A stretch of DNA of 64,000 nt from Deinococcales bacterium (GTDB lineage: Bacteria > Deinococcota > Deinococci > Deinococcales > JAAFIG01), in NCBI GenBank assembly GCA_025352125.1, contig JANXTZ010000028.1, forward strand, positions 15,922-79,921. Direction: 5' to 3'. This document shows positions 19,235 to 29,567 of the stretch, piece after piece; position 1 is the stretch's first letter; each line of letters opens with the position of its first letter. The notes under the pieces are model-generated. The model saw nothing but the letters and a program-made list of their open reading frames with translations. It ran no database searches and had not been told where the DNA came from. The position numbers were made by a program, and so were the translations under genes.

Positions 19235-20089
19235 ATGCCATTGGTCACCGCAAACGACGTTCTGATTCCCGCTCGAGCCGGCGGTTATGCCGTCGGTGCT
19301 TTTAACTGCATCAACCTCGAGTTTGTTGGCGCGTGCATTGCCGCCGCCGAACTCGAGAACAGCCCCGTGATGATTGCCACGACCACGGGCGCGTTGAAGT
19401 ACGCGAGTTGGGTTGGTTTTCCCGCAGCGATTCGGGCAATGGCAGAGGCGAGCAGGGTGCCTGTGGTCTTGCACCTCGACCACGGTTTGAAACTCGAGGA
19501 GGTCGAACGGGCGCTGAAGGCGGGGTTTTCGAGCATCATGATTGACGCCTCGCATTGTTCGTTTGAGGAGAACGTGAAACTGACCAAGCAAGCCGCCGAT
19601 CTGGCACACGAGTACAACGTCAGCCTCGAGGCGGAAATTGGGCAGATTGGCGGCAAGGAGGATGACATTGTGGCGGATGAGGCACTGACCGACCCTGGCG
19701 TGGTGGCGGAATTTGTGCGTTTGACGGGCTTGGATATTCTCGCGCCCGCCTTCGGTTCGGCGCACCAAAAAACCCGTGGCGAGATCAGTCTGGACTTACC
19801 GCGACTCGAGAAAATTGCGGCGGCAACACCACTGCCTTTGGTGCTTCATGGTGGTTCTGGTGTGCCGTTTGAAGCCATGCGGCAAGTGATTGCCAGGGGT
19901 GTGGCGAAAGTGAATTTGGGAACGGAACTCCAAAAAACCTTCTCGGGCAAATTGCGTGAATCGCTCGAGATGAACCCAACTGAATGGGATGGGCGAAAAC
20001 TCTTCAAACCGAGCATTGAAACATTAACAGGCGTGGTGCGTGACCGCATGAAAACCATCGGCTCAAGCGGCAAGGGTGGTGTGGCATGA
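19235..20089 (+). CDS. Class II ketose-bisphosphate aldolase (FbaA/GatY-like)
   Basis: YAVGAFN, LHLDHG, SIMIDAS, LVLHGGSG and KVNLGTE motifs; AGGAGG RBS. Confidence 0.9.
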   Translation: MPLVTANDVLIPARAGGYAVGAFNCINLEFVGACIAAAELENSPVMIATTTGALKYASWVGFPAAIRAMAEASRVPVVLHLDHGLKLEEVERALKAGFSSIMIDASHCSFEENVKLTKQAADLAHEYNVSLEAEIGQIGGKEDDIVADEALTDPGVVAEFVRLTGLDILAPAFGSAHQKTRGEISLDLPRLEKIAAATPLPLVLHGGSGVPFEAMRQVIARGVAKVNLGTELQKTFSGKLRESLEMNPTEWDGRKLFKPSIETLTGVVRDRMKTIGSSGKGGVA

Positions 20090-20919
20090 ACGCCAGATTG
20101 AAGCGTTTGATGGGCGCGGACGGCAAGTGTTTTGATGTCGCCATCGATCACGGTTTTTTTGGCGAACTCGGTTTTTTGGCGGGCATTGAAAACATGGATG
20201 CTGCCGTGAAAGCTGTGGTGGCGGCAGCACCCGACGCGGTGCAACTTAGCGTTGGGCAAGCCAGACGATTGCAAGCCGTACCAGGCAAGCAAAAACCGTC
20301 CCTGGTGCTCAGAACCGATGTGGCAAATGTTTACGGCTCGAGTTTACCCGCAACACTTTTCAGTGAATTGATCGAACAGCCCCTCGAGCAAGCGCTGCGT
20401 CTGGATGCCGCGTGCGTGGTGGTGAATCTGTTCATGCTGCCAGGTCAACCCGAAGTTTTAAGAGCCTGCATTCAAAACATCAACAAACTCAAACCGCAAT
20501 GTGAACGTTACGGAATGCCCCTGATGATCGAACCGCTGGTGATGCAAGCCAACAACAAATCTGGCGGTTACTTGGTGGATGGCACGCTCGAGAAAATTCT
20601 GCCCCTGGTGCGTCAAGCCGTTGAATTGGGCGCAGACATCATCAAAGCCGACCCTTGCGACAACGCACTCGAGTATCACAAGGTCATTGAGATCGCGGGG
20701 GATGTTCCAGTCTTGGTGCGCGGTGGTGGGCGCGTCAGTGATCAGGAAATCCTCGAGCGAACGTTTGAACTGATGCAGCAGGGCGCGATGGGCATTGTTT
20801 ACGGGCGCAACGTGATTCAACACGCCAAGCCAACGTTGATGACTCGAGCGTTGATGGCAATTGTGCATGACAACGCCAAACCAGATCAGGCGCTTGCCAT
20901 TCTGGAGGGCAATATATGA
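20086..20919 (+). CDS. Class I aldolase, DhnA/LsrF family
   Basis: VAIDHG, AVELGADIIKAD (Schiff-base Lys), PVLVRGGG and GIVYGRNV motifs. Confidence 0.88.
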   Translation: MNARLKRLMGADGKCFDVAIDHGFFGELGFLAGIENMDAAVKAVVAAAPDAVQLSVGQARRLQAVPGKQKPSLVLRTDVANVYGSSLPATLFSELIEQPLEQALRLDAACVVVNLFMLPGQPEVLRACIQNINKLKPQCERYGMPLMIEPLVMQANNKSGGYLVDGTLEKILPLVRQAVELGADIIKADPCDNALEYHKVIEIAGDVPVLVRGGGRVSDQEILERTFELMQQGAMGIVYGRNVIQHAKPTLMTRALMAIVHDNAKPDQALAILEGNI

Positions 20920-22061
20920 GCAAGCAGGTGTTGAGATTTGGTGTGATCGGTTGCGGCTTGATGGGGCGCGAATTTGCCTCGGCGGCGGCACGTTGGGCGC
21001 ACTTATTGGACATGGAAATCAAACCCGAAATTGTGGCGGTTTGTGATACCAACCCAAAATTGATGGAATGGTTCTCGGGTAACTTTGCAAGCGTCAAACA
21101 ATGCACCGCCGACTTCAACGCGCTGCTCGAGAATCCTGAAATTGACGCGGTGTACTGCGCCGTGCCGCACAATTTGCACCAAGATTTGTACCTGGCAATC
21201 ATTCGGGCGGGGAAGCACCTGCTGGGCGAAAAACCGTTCGGCATGAATCTCGAGCAAAACACTGCGATTCTCCAGGAGTTAAAAAATCATCCCGAGTTGA
21301 TCGTGCGTTGCTCGAGCGAATTTCCGTTCTTTCCAGCCGCGCAAAAGATTATCAACATGGCGCTCGAGAAAAAGTTTGGACGGATCATTGAGGTCGAGGC
21401 GGGATTTCATCACTCGAGCGACCTTGACCCGAACAAGGCTATCAACTGGAAACGCATGATTGCTGTCAATGGCGAGTACGGCGTGATGGGCGACCTGGGA
21501 TTTCACACGGTGCACATTCCGTTTCGTTTGGGTTGGAAGCCGCAAAATGTTCGGGCAGTGCTGTCAAATATCATCACCGAACGACCTGACAGCACGGGCA
21601 AACTTGTGCCTTGCGAGACTTGGGACAACGCGCATCTGCTCTCGAGTGTTTTGCATGACGATTACGAATTCCCAATGGGTCTGAGCATGAAACGCATTGC
21701 GCCAGGCGAGCAGAACACGTGGTTTATCAAAATTGCTGGCACGGAACTCAGCGCCGAATTCAGCACCAAATACCCCAAGACGCTGCGCACCATGCCCTAT
21801 TCGAGCGGCGCGGCACAGGCTTGGCATGACCTTGATGTGGGTTATGACACGGCGTACCCGACCATCACGGGCAATATTTTTGAGTTTGGGCTTGGCGATG
21901 CAATCTTGCAAATGTGGGCGGCGTTCTGCGATGAGGTTGCGGGCAACACACCGCGCTTTCAGTGCGCCACCGCGCTCGAGGCGGCAAGCAGCCACAAGCT
22001 GTTCACCGCCGCCCTGGAGTCGCAACGCGCCAGTTCAGTGGTTGCGTTAGACTGGGAATAA
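20916..22061 (+). CDS. Gfo/Idh/MocA family oxidoreductase
   Basis: GVIGCGLMG, DAVYCAVPHNLH, GKHLLGEKP and GVMGDLGFH motifs. Confidence 0.9.
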   Translation: MSKQVLRFGVIGCGLMGREFASAAARWAHLLDMEIKPEIVAVCDTNPKLMEWFSGNFASVKQCTADFNALLENPEIDAVYCAVPHNLHQDLYLAIIRAGKHLLGEKPFGMNLEQNTAILQELKNHPELIVRCSSEFPFFPAAQKIINMALEKKFGRIIEVEAGFHHSSDLDPNKAINWKRMIAVNGEYGVMGDLGFHTVHIPFRLGWKPQNVRAVLSNIITERPDSTGKLVPCETWDNAHLLSSVLHDDYEFPMGLSMKRIAPGEQNTWFIKIAGTELSAEFSTKYPKTLRTMPYSSGAAQAWHDLDVGYDTAYPTITGNIFEFGLGDAILQMWAAFCDEVAGNTPRFQCATALEAASSHKLFTAALESQRASSVVALDWE

Positions 22062-22063
22062 TC

Positions 22064-23044
22064 ATGAATTCAGACCCGCTCGAGGTGGTATCCACAGGTA
22101 TTTTCGTTGCCGATTGCGTGGCGCGTCCAGTCGTTGGTACACCCGCCAAAGGCAAGCTCGAGCTTGTGGATTCGATAGGTTTGTACTCAGGTGGTTCTGC
22201 TGCCAGCACGGGTTACAGCTTGGCACGGTTTGGGATTCAAACGGCGGTGATCGGGCGCATTGGCAATGATGGCTTTGGCGATTTTATGCTGAACGAGACC
22301 AAACGTCACGGCGCTTTTTCCATGCTCGAGCGTGACGAAAATGCGGGAACTTCCTCGACGCTGGTCACCGTAGACGAGGACGGCGAGCGTTCGTTTTTGC
22401 ATTACATCGGCGCAAATGCAAACCTTCGACCCTCAAACATTTCACTGTTTGAATTAAAATCTCGAGGTACAAAAATTATTCATGTTGCGGGTTATTTTGC
22501 ACTTCCAGGCATGGAGGGCATTGACGGCAGCCCCACGCGTGACATGTTCAAGGACGCTCGAGGCTTGGGCATTCAAACGTCCTTGGACAGCGTCTGGGAT
22601 GCTCGGGGTCGCTGGATGCAACTGATCGGCACGGTGCTGCCCGAAACCGATTACTTCTGCCCGAACCTTCAAGAGGCTCAAGCCATCACCAACCTGCCCG
22701 AAAGCGCCGCGCCGCTCGAGGTTGCCACGGCGTTGTTCGCGGCTGGGGTGCGCGAAATCGTGGCGCTCAAGATGGGCGAACAGGGTTCATTCGTGATGGA
22801 CAAAAACGGGAAGCATCACACGGTTGGCATCGCCAATGTGCCAAGCATTGACGGCACAGGTTCGGGCGATGCATTTATCGCTGGCTTCCTGGCGGCGCGT
22901 TTGAAGGGTTTGGGTTTGCTCGAGGCTGCCAAATGCGGAAACGCCGCAGGCGCGATGTGCGTGCGAGCCGTTGGCGCGATGACCGGCATCACCGATTGGC
23001 AAGAATTAACACAGATTGCAGCCAGCATTCAGGAGGTTTTATGA
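22064..23044 (+). CDS. PfkB-family carbohydrate kinase
   Basis: GRIGNDGFG, PNLQEA, LKMGEQG and DGTGSGDAFIAGF motifs. Confidence 0.9.
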   Translation: MNSDPLEVVSTGIFVADCVARPVVGTPAKGKLELVDSIGLYSGGSAASTGYSLARFGIQTAVIGRIGNDGFGDFMLNETKRHGAFSMLERDENAGTSSTLVTVDEDGERSFLHYIGANANLRPSNISLFELKSRGTKIIHVAGYFALPGMEGIDGSPTRDMFKDARGLGIQTSLDSVWDARGRWMQLIGTVLPETDYFCPNLQEAQAITNLPESAAPLEVATALFAAGVREIVALKMGEQGSFVMDKNGKHHTVGIANVPSIDGTGSGDAFIAGFLAARLKGLGLLEAAKCGNAAGAMCVRAVGAMTGITDWQELTQIAASIQEVL

Positions 23045-23727
23045 ATCGCAGCCAGATCAATTCAATCATTCGTGACGGTGAAATGTTCGCGCTCGAGCAC
23101 GGGTTTAAACTGCCTCCGTTCGCGTTTTGGACCCCCGAAGACTGGGCGTCTAAGGGTTCTGAATGCCGCGAAATTGCCCAGAACGGCTTGGGCTGGGATG
23201 TCACCGATTTTGGATTGAGCGATTACGCCAACAAAGGCGTGCTGCTGTTCACGGTTCGCAATGGCAAACTCGAGAATCTGAAAACGGGCAAGGGCAAAAT
23301 TTACTGCGAAAAAATTTTGATCTGCAAACCCAACCAACTGGTGTTGCACCATTATCACAAATCAAAAACCGAAGACATCATCAACCGTGGCGGTGGCACG
23401 CTCGAGATTGTGCTGCACTGGGCGAATAAACAGAATCAATTTACCGACCAATCCATTACAGTTTCTTGTGATGGCACTCAGCGCACTGTTGAGGCTGGCG
23501 GTGTGGTGCTGCTGGCGCCTGGGGAAAGCATCACACTCGAGCCTTACATGTACCATCAGTTTCGGGCGCTTGGTAGCGCGGTGCTGGCTGGCGAGGTTTC
23601 AACGGTCAACGATGACGCGAACGATAATTTTTTTCTCGAGGCTGTTGGACGGTTTCCGACCATAGTTGAAGACGAAATGCCGTATCGGTTGTTGATGACC
23701 GAATACGGCACGTTTTACAAACCTTGA
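23041..23727 (+). CDS. D-lyxose/D-mannose family sugar isomerase (cupin)
   Basis: LPPFAFW, LGWDVTDFG, LFTVRNG, YCEK, HYHKSKTEDIINRGGG, PGESITL and GEVSTVNDD motifs. Confidence 0.92.
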   Translation: MNRSQINSIIRDGEMFALEHGFKLPPFAFWTPEDWASKGSECREIAQNGLGWDVTDFGLSDYANKGVLLFTVRNGKLENLKTGKGKIYCEKILICKPNQLVLHHYHKSKTEDIINRGGGTLEIVLHWANKQNQFTDQSITVSCDGTQRTVEAGGVVLLAPGESITLEPYMYHQFRALGSAVLAGEVSTVNDDANDNFFLEAVGRFPTIVEDEMPYRLLMTEYGTFYKP

Positions 23728-23739
23728 AGCTCGAGCGGC

Positions 23740-25407
23740 TTACTTGAATTCACTTGCCCAGACATGCGGACCAAATTGCAAATACACCGCCAAAGCATTT
23801 CCAGCCGAATCCATTGCCACTTGCGGGGGTGGCAGAACGGTGTTTTGTGGGTTTGACGGCTGAAGCCCTTTGGCGGTCAACCAACCCGAATCTGCCAGGT
23901 AACGGTTGAATTCCAGAGCACCATTCTCATGCGTCCAAACGGCGATGGCATTGCCCGCAGGATCAACCGCCACTTGAGGCGCGATGTCGTTGTTGAAAAG
24001 TCCCGGCTCGAGTGGCGTCGGTGTTTCCCAACCCACCCCAAACTTAAAGCGATTTGACCAGACATCGTAAAAACTTGGTTTTGTCGGGTTTTGCTGCAAC
24101 CAAACCGCAATCGCGTTTCCTTTGGCGTCTAAGCCAACCCGAGCCTGACCCGCATAACCCGTGTCGCTGTTCAAGGCTGGTATCCGACCTGCGGCACTCC
24201 AACCCGTCCCAGGCGTGTAGAGGCTGTGCCAGACATGCCAGTAACCCACGGTTTGGTTTGGTGGTACGAAGGTTTCTTCAATCTGATCCCAGACGACCAC
24301 CGCGTTGCCATTGGCGTTGATGCCAAGATGGGGATTGGCGGCGGCGGCGCTTTCAAGCTCGAGCGGAAAGGCAACGTCCCAACCGGTGATGGGGCTGTAG
24401 AGGTTGCCCCAGATGCTGGGTTTCACCGATCCCGCGTCCTGGGTCCAGACCACATGGGCAGTGCCACCCGAATCCATGGCAACCTCGGGATAGTTTGCAT
24501 TGCCCGTGTCATTGGTTTCGATCAACTTTGGTATACCCCAACCCGCTTCAGGGGCATAGACATTCGCCCAGACGTTGGCTCGAGTACCGTCGTTTTGCGC
24601 CCAGGCGGCGATGGCTTTGCCGCTCGCGTTCATGGCGATGACTGGGTTGACCGCCGTGCGAATCTCTTCGCTTTCGATGGCTTCGGGAGCGCTCCAGCCA
24701 CCGCTGGGCGTGTAACGGCTCGCCAAAATATCATGACGACCTGCCACGGCTTCAGACTGATCCCAAACCGCAATGGCATTGCCCGAATTGTCCACCGCGA
24801 CCCGAGGGCTGGAACGGTACTTTGGGGTCTGGGTTTCGATTTGTTGGGCTGTTCCCCAACCTGTCCCTGGCGTGTAATGATTTGCCCAGAGGTAAGCGCT
24901 CGTCGCACCTGGAAAAGACACCCAGACCGCCGTGGCGCTGCCACCTGGCGCCATTGCCAGTTGCGGTGTCGAATCGGTCAGTTCTGGATTGTCAATCTGT
25001 TGGTTGTCGTGCCAAACGCCGTCTCGGGTCGTAAAATTCCAGCTTGCGCCCGCAAAGGCATTTCCTGCCAAATCTTTCAAGCTGCCCAGCGAGGCTTGAT
25101 AGCTTGTTCTCAAATTTAAAGCGGGATGCCCGATGGTGATGGTGTCCCTGTTGAGGCTTGGATTGATTGCAATATTTTGACTGCCGCCAACCTGTTTCAG
25201 GTTGACATTCGTGCCAAGCGTGCTCGGGTCTAAATTTTCGCTGAAACCTGCCGTGATCGGACTTTGCAAATCCACATTGGTCGCATTTGTGACCGGCAAC
25301 GTGGAGATCAGCGTCGGAGGCGCTTTGTCTGGAGGATCAACGATTGAACCATTGCCATTGCAGGCGAACAATACACCAACCAAGATGCTGCACCCCCAAA
25401 TTTTCAT
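23740..25407 (-). CDS. Lipoprotein with Ig-like (Big_5) domain and tandem ~50-aa beta repeats
   Basis: Lipobox LFAC; PPTLISTLP...FSENLD...LKDLAGN Ig-like domain; repeated PxVA(M/V)DxxGNAIAVW units. Confidence 0.75.
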   Translation of the reverse strand: MKIWGCSILVGVLFACNGNGSIVDPPDKAPPTLISTLPVTNATNVDLQSPITAGFSENLDPSTLGTNVNLKQVGGSQNIAINPSLNRDTITIGHPALNLRTSYQASLGSLKDLAGNAFAGASWNFTTRDGVWHDNQQIDNPELTDSTPQLAMAPGGSATAVWVSFPGATSAYLWANHYTPGTGWGTAQQIETQTPKYRSSPRVAVDNSGNAIAVWDQSEAVAGRHDILASRYTPSGGWSAPEAIESEEIRTAVNPVIAMNASGKAIAAWAQNDGTRANVWANVYAPEAGWGIPKLIETNDTGNANYPEVAMDSGGTAHVVWTQDAGSVKPSIWGNLYSPITGWDVAFPLELESAAAANPHLGINANGNAVVVWDQIEETFVPPNQTVGYWHVWHSLYTPGTGWSAAGRIPALNSDTGYAGQARVGLDAKGNAIAVWLQQNPTKPSFYDVWSNRFKFGVGWETPTPLEPGLFNNDIAPQVAVDPAGNAIAVWTHENGALEFNRYLADSGWLTAKGLQPSNPQNTVLPPPQVAMDSAGNALAVYLQFGPHVWASEFK

Positions 25408-25569
25408 AAAAGCCTCCTAAACTCGAACGCTTTCAAGCTTAATTGGGGCTTGGTCATATCACGGTCACAAAAAAACGAACCTATTCAAAAACAGCGCAAG
25501 TACACGTGGGCATACCCAAGGCGGTTTCGCCGATAATCTGATTTTCGCAATTTTCAAAGATGAAACGAT

Positions 25570-26598
25570 TTAGTTCAATCCCAACCAGCCATCTTTGCCA
25601 AAGGTCAGCGTCTCCACCTGAAATTTGGTCGCCCCAAACGCATCGGCATCGTAATAGTGATAAACCATGCGAATCGTGCCGTTGTCGTCAAACACGGTTT
25701 GTCCGCCGGGTCCGTGAATGTTGTCATGACCCTCGAGCACCAGATCACCGTCACCCGCCATCATGATCCATCCATCGCGGCGCACATACGGTCCGGTAAT
25801 GTTTTTGGATCGTCCCATCTTAATTTTGTAATTGCTGTTCGCGCCCTGGCAGCACCTGTCAAACGAGACAAACAGATAGTAATAACCCTTTTGGTAGATC
25901 AAACTGGCGGCTTCAATCGCACCGCCACTGCGCGAGGCGAGCGGGTAGAGCTTGGTGTCCTGGCTCGAGAGCATGTTGGTTTTCGCGTCAAGTTTTCGCA
26001 TTTTGATGCCGTCCCAGTACGACCCGAACGCCAGCCACGGCTGACCCTTTGCATCGACCACGCGGTTGGCATCAATCGCGTTCCAGTTGTCGCCTTTATG
26101 TGACCGAATGACCATGCCTTCATCGACCCACTTGTATTTTGGGTCGCTCGGGTCGAGCGTGACGTTGCTTGCCAGACCAATCACAGAATCGTTCTTGCCA
26201 AAGTGCGATGCGGCGTAATAAACCAAGTATTTGCCGCCCACATAAGAAATATCGGGTGCCCAGAGGTTGGGGACTTTGCCAATTTCTTTGGCAATCCAGG
26301 TTGGCAGCGCGTTGAACATCGTGCCAACAAATTCCCAGTTCTGCATGTCGCTCGAGCGACGGATTTGCACGCTGCCCTCGCCCAGACCGTTTTCGTCACC
26401 GGTGGCAAAAACGTAATAAAAATTGCCCGCTTTGATCATGCTGGGGTCGTGGGCGCGAATGTCGCCGCTCAATTCGGGTTTCGTGGTTTTTTGCGTAACC
26501 CCATTCTCGAGCGTCAAGCCAAATCCGAGCACACCGATTGTCAACACCAGTGCTTTGAACCTCGAGATTGATCCTCTGGGGGTGGTTATGTTTGACAT
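25570..26598 (-). CDS. GH43 arabinan endo-1,5-alpha-L-arabinosidase
   Basis: AHDPS, LWAPDI, NAIDAN, FGSYWDGIK, IEAA and HGPGGQ motifs; N-terminal signal-like segment. Confidence 0.88.
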   Translation of the reverse strand: MSNITTPRGSISRFKALVLTIGVLGFGLTLENGVTQKTTKPELSGDIRAHDPSMIKAGNFYYVFATGDENGLGEGSVQIRRSSDMQNWEFVGTMFNALPTWIAKEIGKVPNLWAPDISYVGGKYLVYYAASHFGKNDSVIGLASNVTLDPSDPKYKWVDEGMVIRSHKGDNWNAIDANRVVDAKGQPWLAFGSYWDGIKMRKLDAKTNMLSSQDTKLYPLASRSGGAIEAASLIYQKGYYYLFVSFDRCCQGANSNYKIKMGRSKNITGPYVRRDGWIMMAGDGDLVLEGHDNIHGPGGQTVFDDNGTIRMVYHYYDADAFGATKFQVETLTFGKDGWLGLN

Positions 26599-26651
26599 GG
26601 TTGCCTCTGTTTCTGTTTGGAATGTTCAGGGCGAAAATACGGTGCTCGAGT

Positions 26652-28160
26652 TTAGTTTCTTAGCCCTTGCGCGAGAACGTAATACAAATCGTTTTGCCGC
26701 AATTCGGTTTTGAGTTCGCGCAGACGGGTGTCATCATCGATCACCACAAGCTCGATGCCCGCAATCTCGGCAAAATCTTCCATGATTTCCGCTGTCACGC
26801 CGTAACTGAAACCAGTATGGTGTGCCCCGCCAGCGTAAATCCAGGCGGCACAGGCGGTCTTGAAATCGGGTTTGCATTCCCAGACCGCTCGAGCCACGGG
26901 CAGTTTTGGAAGTTCTGGATGCGTGACGACCTCGACCTCATTGACGATCAACCGAAAGCGGTTGCCCATGTCCACCAGGCTGGCGTTGATGGCACTTCCA
27001 GGATGGGCGTTGAAGACCAAGCGCACTGGGTCGGCTTTGCCGCCAATGCCGAGCGGATGAATCTCGAGTTTGGGTTTGGCGTCTGAAATGCTTGGGCAGA
27101 CCTCGAGCATGTGAGAGCCAAGCACCTGATGACCGCTCGGGCTGAGGTGATAGGTGTAATCTTCCATGAAACTTGTGCCACCAGGCAAACCCGCGTCCAT
27201 GACCTTCATGGCGCGTAGCAGGATTGCGGTTTTCCAATCGCCCTCGCCGCCAAAGCCGTAACCGTCTGCCATCAAGCGTTGCACCGCCAGACCAGGCAAT
27301 TGTTTTAAACCGTGCAGGTCTTCAAAGCTGGTGGTGAAGCCTTTAAAACCGCCCTCCTCGAGAAACGCCCGCATTCCCAGTTCGATTCTCGCGCCGTCGC
27401 GCAGTTCCTCGTGACGAGCACCATCCGCTTGTAACTCTCGACCGACCTCATACAGACGCTCGTATTCGGCGCACAAGGCATCCACAGCCGCTTCGGATAC
27501 GAAATTGACCTTCTGTACCAGATCACCCACGCCGTAGCCGTTTACAGCCGCCCCAAAGCGCATTTCAAAGGCGACCTTATCGCCCTCGGTCACGGCAACG
27601 TTGCGCATGTTGTCACCGAACCGCGCAAATTTCGCACCCTGCAAATCGTGCCAACCACGCACTGCTCGAGTCCAGGCGGCAAGACGGTCTTGCACTTCGG
27701 GATCGCGCCAATGACCAACCACGACCTTGCGCCCGAGTCGCATCCGGCTGTGCAGGAATCCCGCCTCACGATCACCGTGGGCGGCTTGGTTCAAATTCAT
27801 GAAATCCATGTCAATCGTTTCCCAGGGCAGGTCACGGTTGAACTGGGTGTGCAAATGACAGAACGGTTTTTGCAAACTCGAGAGTCCCGCAATCCACATT
27901 TTGGACGGCGAGAAGGTGTGCATCCACAACATCAAACCCGCGCAATTTACGTTTCCATTCGCCTCGAGCATCAACGCCCGAATTTCATCTGGCGTGGTCA
28001 GCAGCGCTTTGAAAGTAATTTTGAGCGGGATTTTTTGGCTCTCGTAAAGCCCAACAGCGACGGCTCGAGCATTCTGAACGACTTCTTTTAGCGCCTCTTC
28101 GCCGTAAAGATGCTGCGAGCCGCAAACAAACCAAATTTCGGGGGTGGCAAGTTGAATCAT
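26652..28160 (-). CDS. araA: L-arabinose isomerase
   Basis: [54 protein letters not shown] and GGAHHT motifs. Confidence 0.97.
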   Translation of the reverse strand: MIQLATPEIWFVCGSQHLYGEEALKEVVQNARAVAVGLYESQKIPLKITFKALLTTPDEIRALMLEANGNVNCAGLMLWMHTFSPSKMWIAGLSSLQKPFCHLHTQFNRDLPWETIDMDFMNLNQAAHGDREAGFLHSRMRLGRKVVVGHWRDPEVQDRLAAWTRAVRGWHDLQGAKFARFGDNMRNVAVTEGDKVAFEMRFGAAVNGYGVGDLVQKVNFVSEAAVDALCAEYERLYEVGRELQADGARHEELRDGARIELGMRAFLEEGGFKGFTTSFEDLHGLKQLPGLAVQRLMADGYGFGGEGDWKTAILLRAMKVMDAGLPGGTSFMEDYTYHLSPSGHQVLGSHMLEVCPSISDAKPKLEIHPLGIGGKADPVRLVFNAHPGSAINASLVDMGNRFRLIVNEVEVVTHPELPKLPVARAVWECKPDFKTACAAWIYAGGAHHTGFSYGVTAEIMEDFAEIAGIELVVIDDDTRLRELKTELRQNDLYYVLAQGLRN

Positions 28161-28172
28161 GTTCTCCTCTTT

Positions 28173-29540
28173 TTAAGTGTGCTCGAGTGGCGATAAGTTC
28201 GCTGGCAACCAAGTTTGTTGGGCGGTCAACAATTCACTGACCATTGCCCGAATTCGCTCGAGCGTCAGGGTTGCCGCCGTCAACGGGTCGAGCATGATGG
28301 CGTGATACACGTGTTCGACATTGCCAGATAAAATGGCTTGAACGGCAAGTTCTTGAACGTTGATGTTGGTGCGGTTCACGGCAGCACATTGAGGCGGCAA
28401 GTTTCCGACTGCCGTGGGCTGCACGCCATTGCCATCGACCAGACACGGTACTTCGACGCAGCAACCCTCGGGTAAATTTGGAATCAAATTGCGGTTCTCG
28501 ACGTTGCCAGAAACCACAATCGGCGTGTTGGTCTGGATGCTGTGAATGATTCTCGCGCCGTACTCCAACGAGGGCTTTAGTTTGGTTTTGAGTTGCTCGA
28601 GTAAATCTTGAATGCCCGCGTCGTTGTGTTGGGTGCAAATCGCGTAATAATCCCAACGGTTGGGAATAAAGTCACTCACCATCTCGGCGCTCTTGCGAAA
28701 GTACGGCAGGTACTCGCTGGCATGGTGGCTGGATTCGGTGTGAAAGTATCCGAACGCATCCATGACCTGGGTGCGCACCCGCTCCTGACCGCCCTCGTAA
28801 TTGGAGTCCTGATAACCGTGACTGTGATCGCCAAAATCTTGCAACATTTTTGACGGTTTAGACGCGTCCAAATGCCGATCTCGCATGGTCTGACGAAGCC
28901 GTGGTTGCAGGTCAAGACCACCCTGCTTAAACTCGAGAAACCAAGCCTGATGGTTAATGCCAGCCGCCACAAAACGCACCTCGTCGTAAGGCACGCCCAT
29001 TTGCGCCGCCAGCATCTGCGAGGTGTTCTGAACGCTGTGACACAAGCCAATGGTGTCGATGCCCAAGCGTGCCAGCAACCAGCAATTCATTGCCATTGGG
29101 TTGGCGTAATTGAGCAATAGCGCATTCGGGCAGAGTTCGCGCATATCAGCCGCAATCTCGAGGTACGCCGACGCAGACCGTAAAAACCTGAACACACCCC
29201 CAGGTCCCAGGGTGTCGCCCACCGCTTGGTCAATGCCGTACTGGCGCGGAATCTCGACATCGAGTTTGTAGGCTTCCAAACCACCAACTTGAAATGTCAC
29301 GATCACGTAATCGGCATCTTGCAGCGCCTCTTTACGTTCAAGCGTGCTTTCAATTCGAGTTGCAAAACCGTGATGCGCCACAAGTTCCTGCACCGCTCTG
29401 GTGGTGCGCTCGAGGTTGCCAGCATGAATGTCCATCAATGCTATCGTCGAGTCGCGCAATTCTGGAAACGCCAAAATATCCCCGACCAGACGCAACGGAA
29501 AGATAAAACCACCAGCCCCAATGATTGCAATTTTTGCCAT
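28173..29540 (-). CDS. melA: GH4 alpha-galactosidase (MelA-like)
   Basis: IIGAGG, VGDTLGPGG, LLNYANPM, GLCHSV, AGINHQAW and TESSHHASEY motifs. Confidence 0.88.
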   Translation of the reverse strand: MAKIAIIGAGGFIFPLRLVGDILAFPELRDSTIALMDIHAGNLERTTRAVQELVAHHGFATRIESTLERKEALQDADYVIVTFQVGGLEAYKLDVEIPRQYGIDQAVGDTLGPGGVFRFLRSASAYLEIAADMRELCPNALLLNYANPMAMNCWLLARLGIDTIGLCHSVQNTSQMLAAQMGVPYDEVRFVAAGINHQAWFLEFKQGGLDLQPRLRQTMRDRHLDASKPSKMLQDFGDHSHGYQDSNYEGGQERVRTQVMDAFGYFHTESSHHASEYLPYFRKSAEMVSDFIPNRWDYYAICTQHNDAGIQDLLEQLKTKLKPSLEYGARIIHSIQTNTPIVVSGNVENRNLIPNLPEGCCVEVPCLVDGNGVQPTAVGNLPPQCAAVNRTNINVQELAVQAILSGNVEHVYHAIMLDPLTAATLTLERIRAMVSELLTAQQTWLPANLSPLEHT

Positions 29541-29567
29541 GTGTACTCCAAGAAAGAGGCTCGAGTT

